64,000 nucleotides of DNA from Macrostomum lignano (taxonomy: Eukaryota). Of this stretch, positions 61,830 to 64,000 are shown piece by piece. Location of the stretch: contig NIVC01000028.1 of NCBI GenBank assembly GCA_002269645.1, positions 1-64,000 on the forward strand. Direction: 5' to 3'. A model generated the notes under the pieces. It was given only the letters and a program-made list of their open reading frames with translations. It made no database searches and was not told where the DNA came from. A program made the translations under genes and the position numbers. Numbering within the stretch: the stretch's first letter is position 1; each line of letters starts with the position of its first letter.

Positions 61830-62805
61830 TCACGACAGAACCACAGAGAGGACCAGAACCAGCACGAGCACCAGGGCTGCCACAATGAGGATAATTATGA
61901 TTTTTTTCTTTCGGCTGGAGCGCTGGTTCACCACGGCGTCTTCCAGCTGCTCTCGTCCTTTTTCCACGTCTTCAACGACGTGAATGGCCTGGTCCTCGAT
62001 CAGATTGATCGTCTCTCCCTGCTCGAGCACCATCTTGTTGAGCTCAGTGAAAATTTCTTCGAGATCTGTGGGATGGAAGGAGAGCAGAAAGTATTCATAG
62101 TATTCCAGATTTTTGAATCGGCACGTCTTAACTACCAAATATCTCTGGATTGCCTATCAATCATCCCCTGATTGCCTACCAATCATCTCCTGATTGCCTA
62201 CCAATCATCTCCTGATTGTCTACCAATCATCTCCTGATCGTCTACCAATCATCTCCTGATCGTCTACCAATCATCTCCTGATTGTCTACCAATCATCTCC
62301 TGATTGTCTACCAATCATCTCCTGATTGCCTACCAATCATCTCCTGAGCCAGCTGGTCCATGGCAGCCTCCCTGGACTTCATAAGTTCCAGCTGGGCCTC
62401 CTCAGCCTGCTTTTGTGCCTGCATCGCCGTGCTCAGCTCGAACGGATTCTCAGCTTCCATGGTCAGACCACGGGACGCATCCGCCGCAGCTGCCTCAGAT
62501 TTCCTCAGTCGCTTGTCGTCTTTCAGGCCGTCGTTGAGCTGTTTAAGCCGGTCGTGCAGCGGCTCAGCTCGAGTCCTTAGCAAAGTCTCATTTTTGGAGT
62601 TCTTGACCAGCTTCTTCAGCGAGCTGCTCACCTCGCCTGCTTGCAGTTCAGCTTGAGAAGTCTCGCCGGAGCTTGCTGAACACTCGGCAGCCGAGAGCAG
62701 CTGCTCAATTCGATTGATCTCAATCTCATCGTCTGCTCTTGCCGCTGCTGCTGCTGTTTTTGCTTCTGGGTATTGATTCAATGCTGCTTCTTGTTTGCCT
62801 GGCAT
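61830..62805 (-). CDS. Syntaxin, STX7/STX12-like Qa-SNARE, 2 exons, 235 aa
   Basis: Exons 62805-62334 and 62065-61830 (phase 1, G|AT = Asp; 708 nt). SNARE motif REAAMDQLAQEMIDLEEIFTELNKMVLEQGETINLIEDQ...KGREQL..A...QRSSRKK followed by a C-terminal TM anchor. An extra 5' exon cannot be excluded. Confidence 0.9.
62149..62346. repeat. 22-bp tandem repeat made of the syntaxin exon-1/intron junction (minus strand CAGGAGATGATTG|GTAGRCAAT)
   Basis: Plus-strand units start at 62149 (degenerate), 62171, 62193, 62215, 62237, 62259, 62281, 62303 and 62325. Confidence 0.95.
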
Positions 62806-63444
62806 CTCTGCAGTTGGTCTTGCAAGTGTTAGCTAGTAACTGCAAGCTCAAGTGTTTTTAGAGTTCTCTGTGTTGCGAGTAATCCGTATGTAAGCGCGTG
62901 TGAGGTTGAGTACCGGTGAGGTTGGCAGCTTTCTCTCTCGCATTTGCACACTCCTGCCCGGCTCTGTACTTGAATGCACAAAAACTGACTGTACAACTCA
63001 GCACAATAGCGTGACCGTCTGTAGATAAGAGAAGGTTAAAAAAAGATTTTCGTCTCAATTCATGCATTGCCCTCTCTCTCTCTGTCCTGCTGTCCCGCAC
63101 GAGCTCTCTCTACTCTCTGGGTGGCGCAATCGAATTCGGATAGTGCCGCTTTATACGACGTGCAACACCGGGCCGCGCAGGACAGTCACGATCCTTCTGA
63201 GCACTGGATACAACAGGTCAGTTTGCTAAATAATCATATTAAATTACTCATGCTATTTTCTCAGTCGGTCAAAAAGATATCGTGTGGAACTGCTCAGATT
63301 TTAATTAGTATTATTAGGATCAATGACTACTCAGATGGTCATTGAGATTATGATAAATAAAACGGACGGTAATTGCTTTCTTATAGTCAAAATGTATATA
63401 ACTTTTTGAGAAGCATTTTTGACGGCTAAATTGTCAAGGTACAC

Positions 63445-64000
<556 letters not shown>

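Noticed and set aside
26217-62346. CRISPR-like appearance of the many 20-41-bp repeat arrays
   Set aside because: Units are head-to-tail with no unique spacers, there are no cas genes, and the context is an intron-rich animal genome.

Overview
Metazoan genomic DNA: spliceosomal GT-AG introns, GC-rich exons in AT-rich spacers, and roughly a quarter of the window in tandem repeats. The overall style resembles a free-living flatworm such as Macrostomum, but that is inference only. Genes reconstructed by hand with consistent splice phases: (1) a 17-exon polycystin-1-like gene (~3,490 aa, 5' end apparently missing) whose ectodomain carries discoidin F5/8C, fibrinogen-C, EB/EGF-like and Cys-rich repeat modules ahead of PKD-REJ-GAIN-PLAT-channel, with a degenerate GPS and an RVRR site; (2) an unrecognised 3-exon gene (338 aa); (3) an intronless PCMT/PIMT; (4) a 6-exon Shal/Kv4 channel (669 aa); (5) a 3-exon RDH/17bHSD-type SDR (341 aa); (6) a three-member tandem family of secreted PAN-like + Thr/Pro stalk + LamG-like proteins, one truncated, sharing an upstream CCAAT + RFX-like motif; (7) a STX7/12-like syntaxin whose 5' splice site is tandemly amplified eight times. 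Mobile DNA: a gypsy pol relic, a 510-bp MITE with 20-bp TIRs and a 6-bp TSD, an internally deleted mariner, an RTE-like LINE 3' fragment and tRNA-derived SINEs. More than 20 unrelated micro/minisatellite arrays are present. No CRISPR, rRNA or intact tRNA was found. The strongest leads are the polycystin ectodomain architecture, the PAN-LamG family with variable central lectin-like surface, and the amplified splice donor as evidence of in-situ minisatellite birth.
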